From positions 1 through 61,879 of the forward strand of contig JBKPCV010000045.1 in the NCBI GenBank assembly GCA_046727575.1: 61,879 bases of DNA. Direction: 5' to 3'. The notes beneath the pieces were generated by a model. That model saw nothing but the letters and a program-made list of their open reading frames with translations. It searched no databases and was not told the DNA's origin. The position numbers were made by a program, and so were the translations under genes. The DNA is from Actinomycetota bacterium. Lineage in GTDB: Bacteria; Actinomycetota; Acidimicrobiia; IMCC26256; DASPTH01. Positions 9,490 through 19,606 of this stretch are shown here, piece by piece (position 1 is the stretch's first letter; each line of letters begins with the position of its first letter).

Positions 9490-11337
9490 ATGGCATTCGT
9501 CAAGCGGATCCTGGTCGGTCGGCCGCTGGCGACGACCGAGATGGAACACCAGCGAATCCCGAAGACGATCGGGCTCGCGGTGTTCTCCTCGGACGCCATC
9601 TCGTCCACTGCGTATGCAACCGAGGAGATCCTGTTCGTCGTAGCGGTCGGTGGCTCGAGTCTCGCCCTCGGTCTCAGCAGGCTCGTCCCCATCGGGGTCG
9701 CGGTCGCGGTCCTCCTCGCGATCGTCGTCACCTCCTACCGGCAGACGATCTTCGCCTACCCGAGCGGCGGCGGCAGCTATGTCGTGAGCCGCGAGAACCT
9801 CGGTGAGAACCCGTCACTCGTCGCAGGTGCCTCGCTGCTCGTCGACTACATCCTCACGGTCGCGGTGTCGATCTCCGCCGGCGTGGCCGCCATCGTCTCC
9901 ATTCCGACGTTCAGCGACCTGCGCGAGCACCGCGTACTCCTCGGGCTCGGCCTCATCGCCTTGATCAGCGTCGCCAACTTGCGCGGGGTGAAGGAGTCCG
10001 GCCGGGTCTTCGCCGTACCCACCTACATCTACATCTTCAGTCTGAGCGCGCTCGTCCTGTACGGCCTCTACCGAACGTTCATCGCCGACGACATCGCGCC
10101 GATCAAGGTGGGTTCCGACTTCGTCGGTGACAACATCACTGGCGGGACCCTCGGGTTGTTCGTCCTGCTCAAGGGGTTCTCGTCCGGCGCGGTCGCGCTC
10201 ACCGGCGTCGAGGCGATCTCGAACGGCGTGCCTGCGTTCCGACGGCCGGAGTCCAGGAACGCTGCGAACACCCTTATGTGGATGGGCATCATCCTCGGGA
10301 CATTGTTCATGGGCGTCCAGATCCTCGCCCACCATCTCGGTCCGTACCCGTCCGAGAAGCAGACGGTCTTCTCGCAGATGGGCGTGGCGGTCTGGGGCAG
10401 CGGCACGTTCATGTACGTGCTGCTCCAGTTCGCGACCGCGGCGATCCTGACCCTCGCGGCCAATACCGCCTATGCCGACTTCCCGCGCCTGTCGTCGATC
10501 ATCGCGCGCGACGGCTACCTTCCGCGCCAGCTCGCGAATCGCGGCGACCGCTTGGTCTTCTCGAACGGCGTGCTGGTGCTCGCGTGCGCGGCCGGCGGGC
10601 TGATCGTGGCCTTCGGCGGGCTGACCAACGCGCTGATCCCCTTGTACGCGGTGGGCGTGTTCCTCTCGTTCACGCTCTCGCAGGCGGGAATGGTGCGGCA
10701 CCACCAGAAGGAACGCGAGCGCGGATACAAGCGCAACATCGTGATCAACGGCGTCGGCGCGGTGGCCACGCTGATCGTGCTGCTCATCGTCGGCGGCACG
10801 AAGTTCACGAGCGGCGCCTGGGTTCCGTTGGTGGTGATCCCGCTGATCGTGTTGATGTTCAAGGCGATCAAGCGGCACTACTCGACGGTGGCTCGAGCCC
10901 TCAGCGTCGAACCCGGTTTCAAGCCACGCCGCATGAACCACACCGTCGTCGTGCTCGTATCGGGCGTCCACCGCGGCGTACTCGAGGCCATCGCGTACGC
11001 GCGGTCGCTCGCTCCGAGCCACCTGATCGCAGTACACGTCTCGTCGGACGAGGAGGACCAGGAGCGCATCGAGAAACGATGGGAGGAATTCGGTATCGAC
11101 GTGCCGCTCGAGATCGTGTATTCGCCGTACCGGGAGCTGACGCGGCCGGTCCTGCGTTACATCGACGAACTCGACGCTCGGTACGAAAACGACATCATCA
11201 CCGTGCTGCTCCCCGAGTTCGTCGTAAGCCACTGGTGGGGAAACCTCTTGCACAACCAGAGCGCGCTCCTCCTCAAGGGCCGTCTCCTGTTCCGTAAGGG
11301 CACGGTCGTCACATCGCTGCCGTACCACTTGGACTGA
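9490..11337 (+). CDS. kimA: APC-superfamily permease, KimA/YdaO-like K+ transporter
   Basis: SSDAISSTAYATEEI, YPSGGGSY, ALTGVEAISNG, SPYR, LHNQ; SD GGGAGG. Confidence 0.8.
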   Translation: MAFVKRILVGRPLATTEMEHQRIPKTIGLAVFSSDAISSTAYATEEILFVVAVGGSSLALGLSRLVPIGVAVAVLLAIVVTSYRQTIFAYPSGGGSYVVSRENLGENPSLVAGASLLVDYILTVAVSISAGVAAIVSIPTFSDLREHRVLLGLGLIALISVANLRGVKESGRVFAVPTYIYIFSLSALVLYGLYRTFIADDIAPIKVGSDFVGDNITGGTLGLFVLLKGFSSGAVALTGVEAISNGVPAFRRPESRNAANTLMWMGIILGTLFMGVQILAHHLGPYPSEKQTVFSQMGVAVWGSGTFMYVLLQFATAAILTLAANTAYADFPRLSSIIARDGYLPRQLANRGDRLVFSNGVLVLACAAGGLIVAFGGLTNALIPLYAVGVFLSFTLSQAGMVRHHQKERERGYKRNIVINGVGAVATLIVLLIVGGTKFTSGAWVPLVVIPLIVLMFKAIKRHYSTVARALSVEPGFKPRRMNHTVVVLVSGVHRGVLEAIAYARSLAPSHLIAVHVSSDEEDQERIEKRWEEFGIDVPLEIVYSPYRELTRPVLRYIDELDARYENDIITVLLPEFVVSHWWGNLLHNQSALLLKGRLLFRKGTVVTSLPYHLD

Positions 11338-11463
11338 CACGCGCCGCGCGTCGGCGGTCAATCGTCTGCGGCCTCCGACATCGGTGCCCGGCTCCGAGCC
11401 TTCGCCCGGCAAGGCACTAGCCTCTTTGCGCCCCACCGCCACAAGACGAGGTTCCGGCTCCCA

Positions 11464-13878
11464 ATGATCAGCTTCGCCGCGGAAGGTGGCTACCAGCTCT
11501 TCAAGCTCGGTGGCACTGAGTGGTTCTGGCTCGTGTTCTCTGCCGCGACGGCGATCCTCGCGGTCATCGTCGGCCTGTCGCTCATGCGCGGCGTCCTCGC
11601 GGCCGACCAGGGCACTCCCACGATGATCGAGATCGCGAAGGCCATCCAGGAAGGGGCGATGGCTTACCTGCGGCGTCAGTTCCGGACGATTGCGGTGATC
11701 ATGATCCCGGTCGCGGTCGTGGTGTTCGCGACGTCGACGGAGATCACGGTACCGAGCGGGTTCTCGGAGGTCTCTCCGATCGGCGGATTGTCGTTCGCGG
11801 AATCGGGGCTGTTTCGCACTCTCGCGTTCATGGCGGGCGCATTCTTGTCGGCGCTGACGGGCTTCATCGGCATGAGCCTCGCGGTGCGCGGGAATGTGCG
11901 CACGGCGGCAGCGGCACGCGGTGGCTCACTGCCCGCCGCGCTCCGGGTCGCCTTCCGCACCGGCGGCATTGCCGGAATGTTCACCGTCGGTCTCGGCTTG
12001 CTCGGGGCGACGTTGATCATCATGATCTTCCAGAACGTCAGCGCGGCGATCCTGATCGGCTTCGGGTTCGGTGGATCGTTGATCGCGCTCTTCATGCGTG
12101 TGGGCGGTGGCATCTTCACGAAGGCGGCCGATGTCGGCGCTGATCTCGTGGGGAAGGTCGAGCAGGGCATCCCCGAGGACGATCCGAGGAACCCGGCGAC
12201 GATCGCCGACAACGTCGGTGACAACGTCGGCGACTGCGCGGGTATGGCGGCGGACCTCTTCGAGAGCTACGAGGTCACGCTCGTCGCGTCGATCATCCTC
12301 GGGGTCGCCGCATTCCGATCCATCTACCCGGACGACCCGAAGAAATGGGTCATCGGGCTCGTCTTCCCGCTCATCGCCCGGGCCGTAGGCGTGCTGGCGT
12401 CGATCGTCGGTGTGCTCGCGGTGCGCGCGTCCGACCGCGACAAGACGGCGATGGCACCCATCAACCGCGGCTTCATCACGGCTGGAGCGCTCGCGGTGCT
12501 CGGCACGTTGATCGTGTCGGTCGTCTACGTGGGGAACGACGGCGCCGACATCTCCAACCCTGGATGGCGCATGTTCGGTGCGGTCGTGATCGGTCTGATC
12601 CTGGCGCAGGTCCTGAGTCATCTCACCGAGTACTTCACGTCGACCGAACGTTCGCCGGTGCGCGAGATCGCAGACGCGTCGCGCACCGGTCCTGCCACCG
12701 TGGTGTTGTCGGGGACGAGCAGTGGGCTCGAGTCGAGCTTGTGGTCGATCGTCGCGATATGTATCGCGTTGGGCGTCGGCACGGCGCTCGGAGGCGGCAA
12801 CATCCAGTTCGTGCTGTACCTCGTCGCGCTCACCGGCATGGGCATGCTTGCCACCACCGGCGTCATCGTCTCGGAGGACTCGTTCGGACCGGTTGCCGAC
12901 AACGCCGCGGGCATCGCGGAGATGTCGGGAGAGTTCGAAGGGGACGCCGAGCGCATCATGGTGAACCTCGACGCCGTGGGCAACACCACGAAGGCGGTCA
13001 CGAAGGGTTTCGCGATCGGGTCCGCAGTGATCGCCGCGGTGGCGCTGTTCGCGTCCTACATCGACACGATCGGCGCCGAGCTGGGGTTGAAGAGCAAAGG
13101 CGAGCTCTTGACGGGATCGGCGCTCTTCAACCACCCGCTCACCCAGATCAACATCGCGGAGCCCAAGATCTTCATCGGGCTACTGGTGGGTGGCTCGATC
13201 GCATTCATCTTCAGCGCACTGGCGATCCGGGCCGTCGGCCGTACCGCCGGGGTCGTGGTGCAAGAGGTACGGAATCAGTTTGCCGACGGCCGGATCATGG
13301 CGGGCACGAAGAAGCCCGACTACGGCCCGGTGATCGACATCTGCACCAAGGCGTCGCTCCGCGAGCTCGCGACCCCAGCGTTGCTCGCCGTGCTCACGCC
13401 GCTGATCATCGGATTCGGGATCAACTACCTCGCGCTGGCGGGCTTCCTCGGCGCCGTGATCCTCACCGGCCAGCTCATGGCGAACTACTTGAACAATGCC
13501 GGCGGTGCGTGGGACAACGCCAAGAAGTACATCGAAGACGGACACTACGGCGGCAAAGGCTCCGAGGCACACAAGGCCGCGGTGATCGGCGACACGGTTG
13601 GCGACCCGTTCAAGGACACCGCCGGTCCCGCGCTCAACCCGCTGATCAAGGTGATGAACCTCGTCTCGCTGCTCGTGTTGCCGGCGATCATCAGTCTTCG
13701 CCACGACGACACGACCCGTTACGCGATCGCGGGAGTGTCGCTGGTCGTCCTGCTCACAGCGATCATGTTCTCGAAGCGCAAGGGCGGCGCGTTCAGTGAG
13801 GAAGCCGACACCGTCGAGGAAGTGCTCGAGGCGCAAGAAGAGCAAGAAGAGCCGGCGGCGGCGAGCGCCGGGGAGTAA
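11464..13878 (+). CDS. hppA: Membrane-bound H+-translocating pyrophosphatase, K+-independent type
   Basis: DVGADLVGKVE, DNVGDNVGD, GNTTKA, GDTVGDPFKD. Confidence 0.93.
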   Translation: MISFAAEGGYQLFKLGGTEWFWLVFSAATAILAVIVGLSLMRGVLAADQGTPTMIEIAKAIQEGAMAYLRRQFRTIAVIMIPVAVVVFATSTEITVPSGFSEVSPIGGLSFAESGLFRTLAFMAGAFLSALTGFIGMSLAVRGNVRTAAAARGGSLPAALRVAFRTGGIAGMFTVGLGLLGATLIIMIFQNVSAAILIGFGFGGSLIALFMRVGGGIFTKAADVGADLVGKVEQGIPEDDPRNPATIADNVGDNVGDCAGMAADLFESYEVTLVASIILGVAAFRSIYPDDPKKWVIGLVFPLIARAVGVLASIVGVLAVRASDRDKTAMAPINRGFITAGALAVLGTLIVSVVYVGNDGADISNPGWRMFGAVVIGLILAQVLSHLTEYFTSTERSPVREIADASRTGPATVVLSGTSSGLESSLWSIVAICIALGVGTALGGGNIQFVLYLVALTGMGMLATTGVIVSEDSFGPVADNAAGIAEMSGEFEGDAERIMVNLDAVGNTTKAVTKGFAIGSAVIAAVALFASYIDTIGAELGLKSKGELLTGSALFNHPLTQINIAEPKIFIGLLVGGSIAFIFSALAIRAVGRTAGVVVQEVRNQFADGRIMAGTKKPDYGPVIDICTKASLRELATPALLAVLTPLIIGFGINYLALAGFLGAVILTGQLMANYLNNAGGAWDNAKKYIEDGHYGGKGSEAHKAAVIGDTVGDPFKDTAGPALNPLIKVMNLVSLLVLPAIISLRHDDTTRYAIAGVSLVVLLTAIMFSKRKGGAFSEEADTVEEVLEAQEEQEEPAAASAGE

Positions 13879-13905
13879 CCCCGGGCCGCGGCTCCGGCGA
13901 CGGCG

Positions 13906-14598
13906 TCAGTCGTCGTCGACGACTGCGTGGAGCTCGGCGGTCTCCGCCTGGGCATCCGCACTACTCGCGACCGGCGCGGGATGCTTCTTCGCCTTGCGCC
14001 ACTCGAGGAACGGTGGCAGCAACGACAAGAGGATGATCACCGCGATGATCGGGAGCAGGTACGTGTCGATGTTGTCCCCGATCGCCGCCGCGAGCCAGTA
14101 GCCGGCGAGCGTCACACCGAGCACCCAGATGAGCGCCCCGAACACGTTGTAGGTGATGAAGGTACGGCGCGACATGGTGCCGACCCCGGCGAGCACCGGC
14201 GCAAACGTGCGAACGACCGGCACGAAGCGCGCGATGACGATCGTCTTGGGTCCGTGCTTCTCGAAGAAGCGGTGTGTACGCTCGACGTACTCCTGTTTGA
14301 AGAACTTCGAGTCCTCGCGGCGGAAGACGCGCGGACCGGCCTTCTGGCCGATCGTGAACCCCACCTGATCGCCGATGACGGCCGCCGCGAAGCAGCCGAT
14401 GAGCACTGCCGCCAGGCTGAGCTTGCCCTCGTTCGCCAGGAGGCCCGCGGTGAACAGCAGCGAGTCGCCGGGCAGGAAGAAGCCAATGAGCAGCCCGGTC
14501 TCGGCGAAGATGATGAGGATCAGCCCGATCTCCCCGTAGGGGCTCAGGGAGTCGAAGATCTCCTTCGGGCCGGGAATGAGGCCGAGGATCAGGGGCAC
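13906..14598 (-). CDS. dedA: DedA/VTT-domain membrane protein
   Basis: FAETGLLIGFFLPGDSLL, ARFVPVVRTF. Confidence 0.9.
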   Translation of the reverse strand: MPLILGLIPGPKEIFDSLSPYGEIGLILIIFAETGLLIGFFLPGDSLLFTAGLLANEGKLSLAAVLIGCFAAAVIGDQVGFTIGQKAGPRVFRREDSKFFKQEYVERTHRFFEKHGPKTIVIARFVPVVRTFAPVLAGVGTMSRRTFITYNVFGALIWVLGVTLAGYWLAAAIGDNIDTYLLPIIAVIILLSLLPPFLEWRKAKKHPAPVASSADAQAETAELHAVVDDD

Positions 14599-14789
14599 GG
14601 GGGCGCAGGATAGACGGCGCCCCGCAGCGGGCTCCGGCGCTGCGGGTTGACACGGAGAGACCGTCCGTGGCACCACTCTGCCCCGCGATGCCCCGACGTG
14701 GGGTGTCGACCGACCAGACTGGGCGGCTCGTACGGCGGTGCTCGCGTGCCGAGCCAAGCCAACCCGGACAGCGCGACGTAGGGAAGAAC

Positions 14790-17525
14790 GTGGCGAAACC
14801 ACTCGTCATCGTCGAATCGAGGGCCAAGGCCAAGACGATCGAGGGATACCTCGGTCGTGACAACTACGTCGTGAAGGCCAGCATCGGCCACATCCGCGAC
14901 CTGCCGCACGGGGCGCGCCAGGTGCCGAAGAGCGTCACCAATCCAGAGGTACGGCGCCTGGGCATCGACGTCGATGACCACTTTGCACCGATCTACGTGG
15001 TCCCCGAGGACAAGAAGCACGTGGTGAAGGAGCTGAGGGCCGCGCTGAAGGATGCGAGCGAGCTCTATCTCGCGACCGACGAGGACCGCGAAGGCGAAGC
15101 GATCTCGTGGCACCTGCTCGAAGTCCTCAAGCCACACATTCCGGTGAAGCGGATGGTGTTCCACGAGATCACGGCAGAGGCGATCTCCCAGGCGACCGAC
15201 AAGTGGCGCGACCTCGACATGAAGCTCGTCGAGGCGCAGGAGGGTCGACGGCTTCTCGACCGGCTCGTGGGCTACGAGGTCTCGAACGTCGCATTCAAGA
15301 AGATCGGGCCGGGAACGTCGGCCGGGCGTGTGCAGAGCGTTGCCACCCGGCTGGTGGTCGACCGCGAACGGGCGCGGATGGCGTTTCGTGCGGCCGAGTA
15401 CTGGGACCTCGAGGGAACGTTCCTCGCGAGCGACGCCGAATTTCGCGCGTCCCTGGCGACGCTCGACGGCAAGCGACTTGCCGCCGGCCGCGACTTCGAC
15501 GCCAATACCGGGGCCCTGCTTCCGGGTGCCGAGGTCGCGTTGCTCGACGAAGAGGCGGCGATCGCACTCGCCGCTCGGCTCGATGGTCGACCGTTTCGCG
15601 TCGACTCGGTCGAAGCGCGGACCGTCACCGAACGCCCGAAGGCGCCCTTCATCACATCCACCCTGCAACAGGAAGCGGCGCGCAAGCTCGGCTTCAGCGC
15701 GGCACGCACGATGCACGTCGCGCAGGGGCTGTACGAGCGCGGGCTCATCACGTACATGCGCACCGATTCGACGTCGCTCGCCGATCAGGCGGTGGAGGCC
15801 GCGCGAGCGCAGATCCGTCGGATGTACGGCAACGAATTTCTCCCTGATACGGCCCGCGCGTATCGCAGCAGGGTGAAGAACGCGCAGGAGGCGCACGAAG
15901 CAATCCGTCCCGCCGGCGATCGGATGTACACCGCGGACGACCTCGCGAGCGATCTGCGGGGATCCGACGAGCGCCGGCTCTACGACCTCGTCTGGAAGCG
16001 CACCGTCGCCAGTCAAATGGCCGACGCCCGCATCCGGCGCGTGCAGCTACGGCTCGCGGCGACGTCGACGGCAGGCGAGCGCGCGGTGTTCCAGGCGACC
16101 GGCCGCACGATCGAGTTCCCGGGGTACTTACGTGCCTACGTCGAAGGGGCTGACGACCCCGACACCGAACTCGAGGACCGTGAGGCGATCCTGCCGTCGC
16201 TGCACGAAGGCGACGACGTTGGCTGTCGAGAGCTGCGCCCCTCGGGGCACACCACGCAACCACCGGCGCGCTACACCGAAGCGAGTCTCGTGAAAGAGCT
16301 CGAGGAGCGCGGGATCGGTCGTCCGTCCACGTATGCGAGCGTGATCGACACGATCGTCAACAAGCGCGACTATGTCTGGAAGAAGGGGACCGCGCTCGTG
16401 CCGACATGGACCGCCTTCGCCAAAGTCCAGTTGCTCGAACGTTATTTCTCGCACCTCATCGACTACGAGTTCACCGCCACGATGGAAGAGGCACTCGACG
16501 CTATTGCACGCGGCGAGGCCGAAGCGGAGAAGTGGCTCCACGCGTTCTATTTCGGCAACGGGTCCGTTGGTCTTCGCGAGATGGTTGCCGACGAGCACGT
16601 GGCGGCAATCGACAAAGCCGAGGTGAACGCTGTGCACATCGGCCACGACGCGCAAGGACGCGAACTCGTGGTTCGCGTGTGGCCGAACGGCGCGAACATC
16701 GAACGGGGCGACGACAAGGCGCCGATTCCCGCCGACCTCGCGCCTGACGAGCTGACCGTGGAGCGCGTCGAGGAACTGCTTGCACAGGGTGCCGTCGGGC
16801 CCCGCGTGCTCGGGACCGATCCCGACACGCAGCTGCCGGTCCTTGCGCTCAACGGACGTTTCGGCCCGTTCGTACAGCTCGGCGAAGTACAGAACGGGTC
16901 GAAGGAGAAGCCGCGGCGCGCATCGCTCTTCGCGGGCATGGACCCGGCGACGATCACGCTGGACGAAGCGCTTGCGCTGCTCTCGTTGCCGCGCGTCGTC
17001 GGGCGTGACGGCGACGGCACCGAGATCACGGCACAGAACGGGCGTTACGGCCCCTACCTCAAGAGGGGAACGGACAGCCGGAGCCTGTCGTCGGAGGACC
17101 AGCTGTTCAGTGTGTCGCTCGACGAGGCGCTGGCGCTGTTCGCGATGCCCAAGCCACGCCGCGGTCGTGCGGTGAGGCCCCCGCTCGCGGAGCTCGGACC
17201 ACATCCGGATTCGGGTTCACCGGTGCGCGTTCTCGACGGTCGCTACGGCCCATATGTCACCGACGGAACGACGAACGCTTCGATCCCCCGCGGCACCGAC
17301 CCGGAGTCGGTGACCCTCGAACAGGGTATTGAGCTGTTGCGTGAACGGGCGGCGCGCGCACCCGCGACGAAGCGCGCAGCGAAGAAGACGTCGACGACCA
17401 CGACAAGGAAGCGGTCGGTCACGAAGTCTACGAAGAAGTCGACGAAGCAATCGAAGAAGCAACCGAAGCGGTCGGGCACGACGAAACCGACGGCTGAAGA
17501 GGCGACGGGGAAGGCCACACGCTGA
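14790..17525 (+). CDS. topA: DNA topoisomerase I
   Basis: LVIVES, ATDEDREGE, SAGRVQS, ITYMRTDS, QEAHEAIRP; C-terminal GR(F/Y)GP repeats and Lys-rich tail. Confidence 0.97.
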   Translation: MAKPLVIVESRAKAKTIEGYLGRDNYVVKASIGHIRDLPHGARQVPKSVTNPEVRRLGIDVDDHFAPIYVVPEDKKHVVKELRAALKDASELYLATDEDREGEAISWHLLEVLKPHIPVKRMVFHEITAEAISQATDKWRDLDMKLVEAQEGRRLLDRLVGYEVSNVAFKKIGPGTSAGRVQSVATRLVVDRERARMAFRAAEYWDLEGTFLASDAEFRASLATLDGKRLAAGRDFDANTGALLPGAEVALLDEEAAIALAARLDGRPFRVDSVEARTVTERPKAPFITSTLQQEAARKLGFSAARTMHVAQGLYERGLITYMRTDSTSLADQAVEAARAQIRRMYGNEFLPDTARAYRSRVKNAQEAHEAIRPAGDRMYTADDLASDLRGSDERRLYDLVWKRTVASQMADARIRRVQLRLAATSTAGERAVFQATGRTIEFPGYLRAYVEGADDPDTELEDREAILPSLHEGDDVGCRELRPSGHTTQPPARYTEASLVKELEERGIGRPSTYASVIDTIVNKRDYVWKKGTALVPTWTAFAKVQLLERYFSHLIDYEFTATMEEALDAIARGEAEAEKWLHAFYFGNGSVGLREMVADEHVAAIDKAEVNAVHIGHDAQGRELVVRVWPNGANIERGDDKAPIPADLAPDELTVERVEELLAQGAVGPRVLGTDPDTQLPVLALNGRFGPFVQLGEVQNGSKEKPRRASLFAGMDPATITLDEALALLSLPRVVGRDGDGTEITAQNGRYGPYLKRGTDSRSLSSEDQLFSVSLDEALALFAMPKPRRGRAVRPPLAELGPHPDSGSPVRVLDGRYGPYVTDGTTNASIPRGTDPESVTLEQGIELLRERAARAPATKRAAKKTSTTTTRKRSVTKSTKKSTKQSKKQPKRSGTTKPTAEEATGKATR

Positions 17526-17563
17526 GCGCAGACGCGGGGGAGGATCCGCAGAGAGAGCCCGCG

Positions 17564-18994
17564 ATGCCCGAGGAGCCACCAGCGGCGGCGAAGGCGCCGT
17601 TCATTCCTCGAGACGCAGAGCAGCCGGCGATCCCACCCGCGCCGTGGCGGGTGTTCGGCACCCGATCGTTCTTCCACTTGTGGCTCGCCCAGGTGATCTC
17701 GAGCCTGGGTGACTGGATCGGGCTGATCGCGATCCTGGCGATTGCCGCCCGGGTGTCCAACAACTCGGGTGCGGCAGTGAGCCTCGTCATGATGACGAGG
17801 GTCGTCCCCGGGTTTTTCCTCGGCACCGTTGGTGGCGTCATCATCGATCGTTTCGATCGCCGCAAGGTGATGGTGTGCGCCGACATCGGCCGCGCCAGCC
17901 TCCTCGTGCTGCTGCCGTTCGTCGAGAGCATCACCGGGCTCCTGCTCGTGTCACTCGGCCTCGAAGTCCTGACGCTCATGTGGGGACCAGCGCAGGCGGC
18001 GACAGTCCCGAACATCGTCGGCGAGGAACAACTCGCCTCCGCGAACTCCTTGTCGCTCGCGGCGTCCTACGGCACCTTCCCGATCGCATCGATCATCTTC
18101 TCGCTGCTCGCCGGGCTCGCCACCGTGCTCGGCAACCTCGATCTCATCTCGGCGTTCAAGGTCGACCAGGAGTTCCTCGCGCTCGTGTTCGACGCGCTGA
18201 CGTTCGTCGCGTCGGCTGCGATCGTGTGGCGACTGCCGATCCCGCGAGGCGAGAGAGTCGACGGCGGGCGCATCGATTGGACGCAAACCTTCCGCGACAT
18301 CCGGGAAGGCATCGTCTTCATCTCACGGCACCCAGTCGTGCGTGGCGTCATCGTCGGCCTCGGGATCGGCCTCGTCGGCGCCGGCGCCATGATCCCGCTC
18401 GGGCCGTCGTTCGCCAAAGAAGTGTTGAACGGCGGGAGCGCGGCGTTCGGCGTGCTCATGACCGCGCTGGGGTTCGGCGCCGCGATCGGTGTGGTAACGC
18501 TGCTCTGGTTCCAGAGTCGGCTGCCCCGCGGTCTCGTATTCGCGGGAGCGGTCATGGGCGTCGGCGCTTTCCTCGTGCTCGCCGCGTCGTGTTCGTCGCT
18601 CGCACCCGCGGCCCTGTTCATCGGAGCGGTGGGCGCGTGCGCGGGCACGTCGTACGTCACCGGCTTCACCGTGCTCCAGGAGAACGTCTCCGACGCGCTG
18701 CGCGGCCGAACGTTCGCGACGCTCTACACCGTGATCCGCTTGTGTCTCCTGATCTCGCTCACGATCTCGCCGCTGTGGGCCGACTTCTGGGACTGGGTGA
18801 CGAACCAGCTCCTCAACGAACAGACACTCACGCTCGGGTCGTACACGTATGTCATCCCTGGCGTGCGCATCGCCCTGTGGGGTGGCGGGTTGATCACGTA
18901 TGCCGCGGGAATCGTCGCACTGCGATCCGTTCGGCGGGCGCGCCGTGCCACGCTCGGTGGAGCGGCACGCGACGCCGGCTCTGCAGGCGTGTGA
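17564..18994 (+). CDS. MFS transporter
   Basis: About 12 TM helices; GVIIDRFDRRKVM motif A; LRGRTF. Confidence 0.9.
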   Translation: MPEEPPAAAKAPFIPRDAEQPAIPPAPWRVFGTRSFFHLWLAQVISSLGDWIGLIAILAIAARVSNNSGAAVSLVMMTRVVPGFFLGTVGGVIIDRFDRRKVMVCADIGRASLLVLLPFVESITGLLLVSLGLEVLTLMWGPAQAATVPNIVGEEQLASANSLSLAASYGTFPIASIIFSLLAGLATVLGNLDLISAFKVDQEFLALVFDALTFVASAAIVWRLPIPRGERVDGGRIDWTQTFRDIREGIVFISRHPVVRGVIVGLGIGLVGAGAMIPLGPSFAKEVLNGGSAAFGVLMTALGFGAAIGVVTLLWFQSRLPRGLVFAGAVMGVGAFLVLAASCSSLAPAALFIGAVGACAGTSYVTGFTVLQENVSDALRGRTFATLYTVIRLCLLISLTISPLWADFWDWVTNQLLNEQTLTLGSYTYVIPGVRIALWGGGLITYAAGIVALRSVRRARRATLGGAARDAGSAGV

Positions 18995-19602
18995 TGCCCG
19001 GCCGGTTCATCGTCCTCGAGGGGGGAGACGCCAGTGGCAAGAGCACCCAGGGCAGGCTCGCCGCGCAAGCCCTCCGCAGCCGAGGGGTCACAGTGTGCGA
19101 GACCTTCGAACCCGGCGCCACGGGCGCCGGGTCCGTGATCCGCGAGTTGCTGCTCCATGGTCACGAGCCGATCGCGCCGATGACCGAGGCGTTGCTCATG
19201 GCGGCCGACCGCTCGCAGCACGTCGAGGAGCAGATCGTGCCCGCGCTCCGACGTGGTGAGTGGGTGGTGTGTGACCGCTTCCTTCCGTCCTCCCTGGTGT
19301 ACCAGGGCGTGGTGCGCGGCCTCGGCGTGCGGGAAGTCGCGGACTTGAACCGCAGCGCGACCGCCGTGGCGCAACCCGATCTCGTCATCGTGCTCGACGT
19401 CCCCGAGGCCGTTGCCGCCGAACGGGCGGATCAGACGCCTGATCGACTGGAGTCCGAAGGTGACGCCTTCCATGTCTCGGTGCGCGATGCGTACCGTCGA
19501 TTGGCTGGGGAGCAGGGCTGGGTGCTCGTCGACGGCACCGGCGACATCGACGCCGTCGCTTCGCGGGTTTGGGAGAAGATCGAGCCGCTGCTGGCAAAAT
19601 GA
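18994..19602 (+). CDS. tmk: Thymidylate kinase
   Basis: FIVLEGGDASGKSTQ, EPG, ADRSQH, CDRF..SS.VYQG. Confidence 0.95.
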   Translation: MPGRFIVLEGGDASGKSTQGRLAAQALRSRGVTVCETFEPGATGAGSVIRELLLHGHEPIAPMTEALLMAADRSQHVEEQIVPALRRGEWVVCDRFLPSSLVYQGVVRGLGVREVADLNRSATAVAQPDLVIVLDVPEAVAAERADQTPDRLESEGDAFHVSVRDAYRRLAGEQGWVLVDGTGDIDAVASRVWEKIEPLLAK

Positions 19603-19606
19603 CGTC

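Noticed and set aside
14620-14670. Canonical sigma-70 promoter for topA from TTGACA at about 14647
   Set aside because: No convincing -10 hexamer at 16-18 bp spacing; the adjacent inverted repeat CCCGCAGCG/CGCTGCGGG could not be assigned a role
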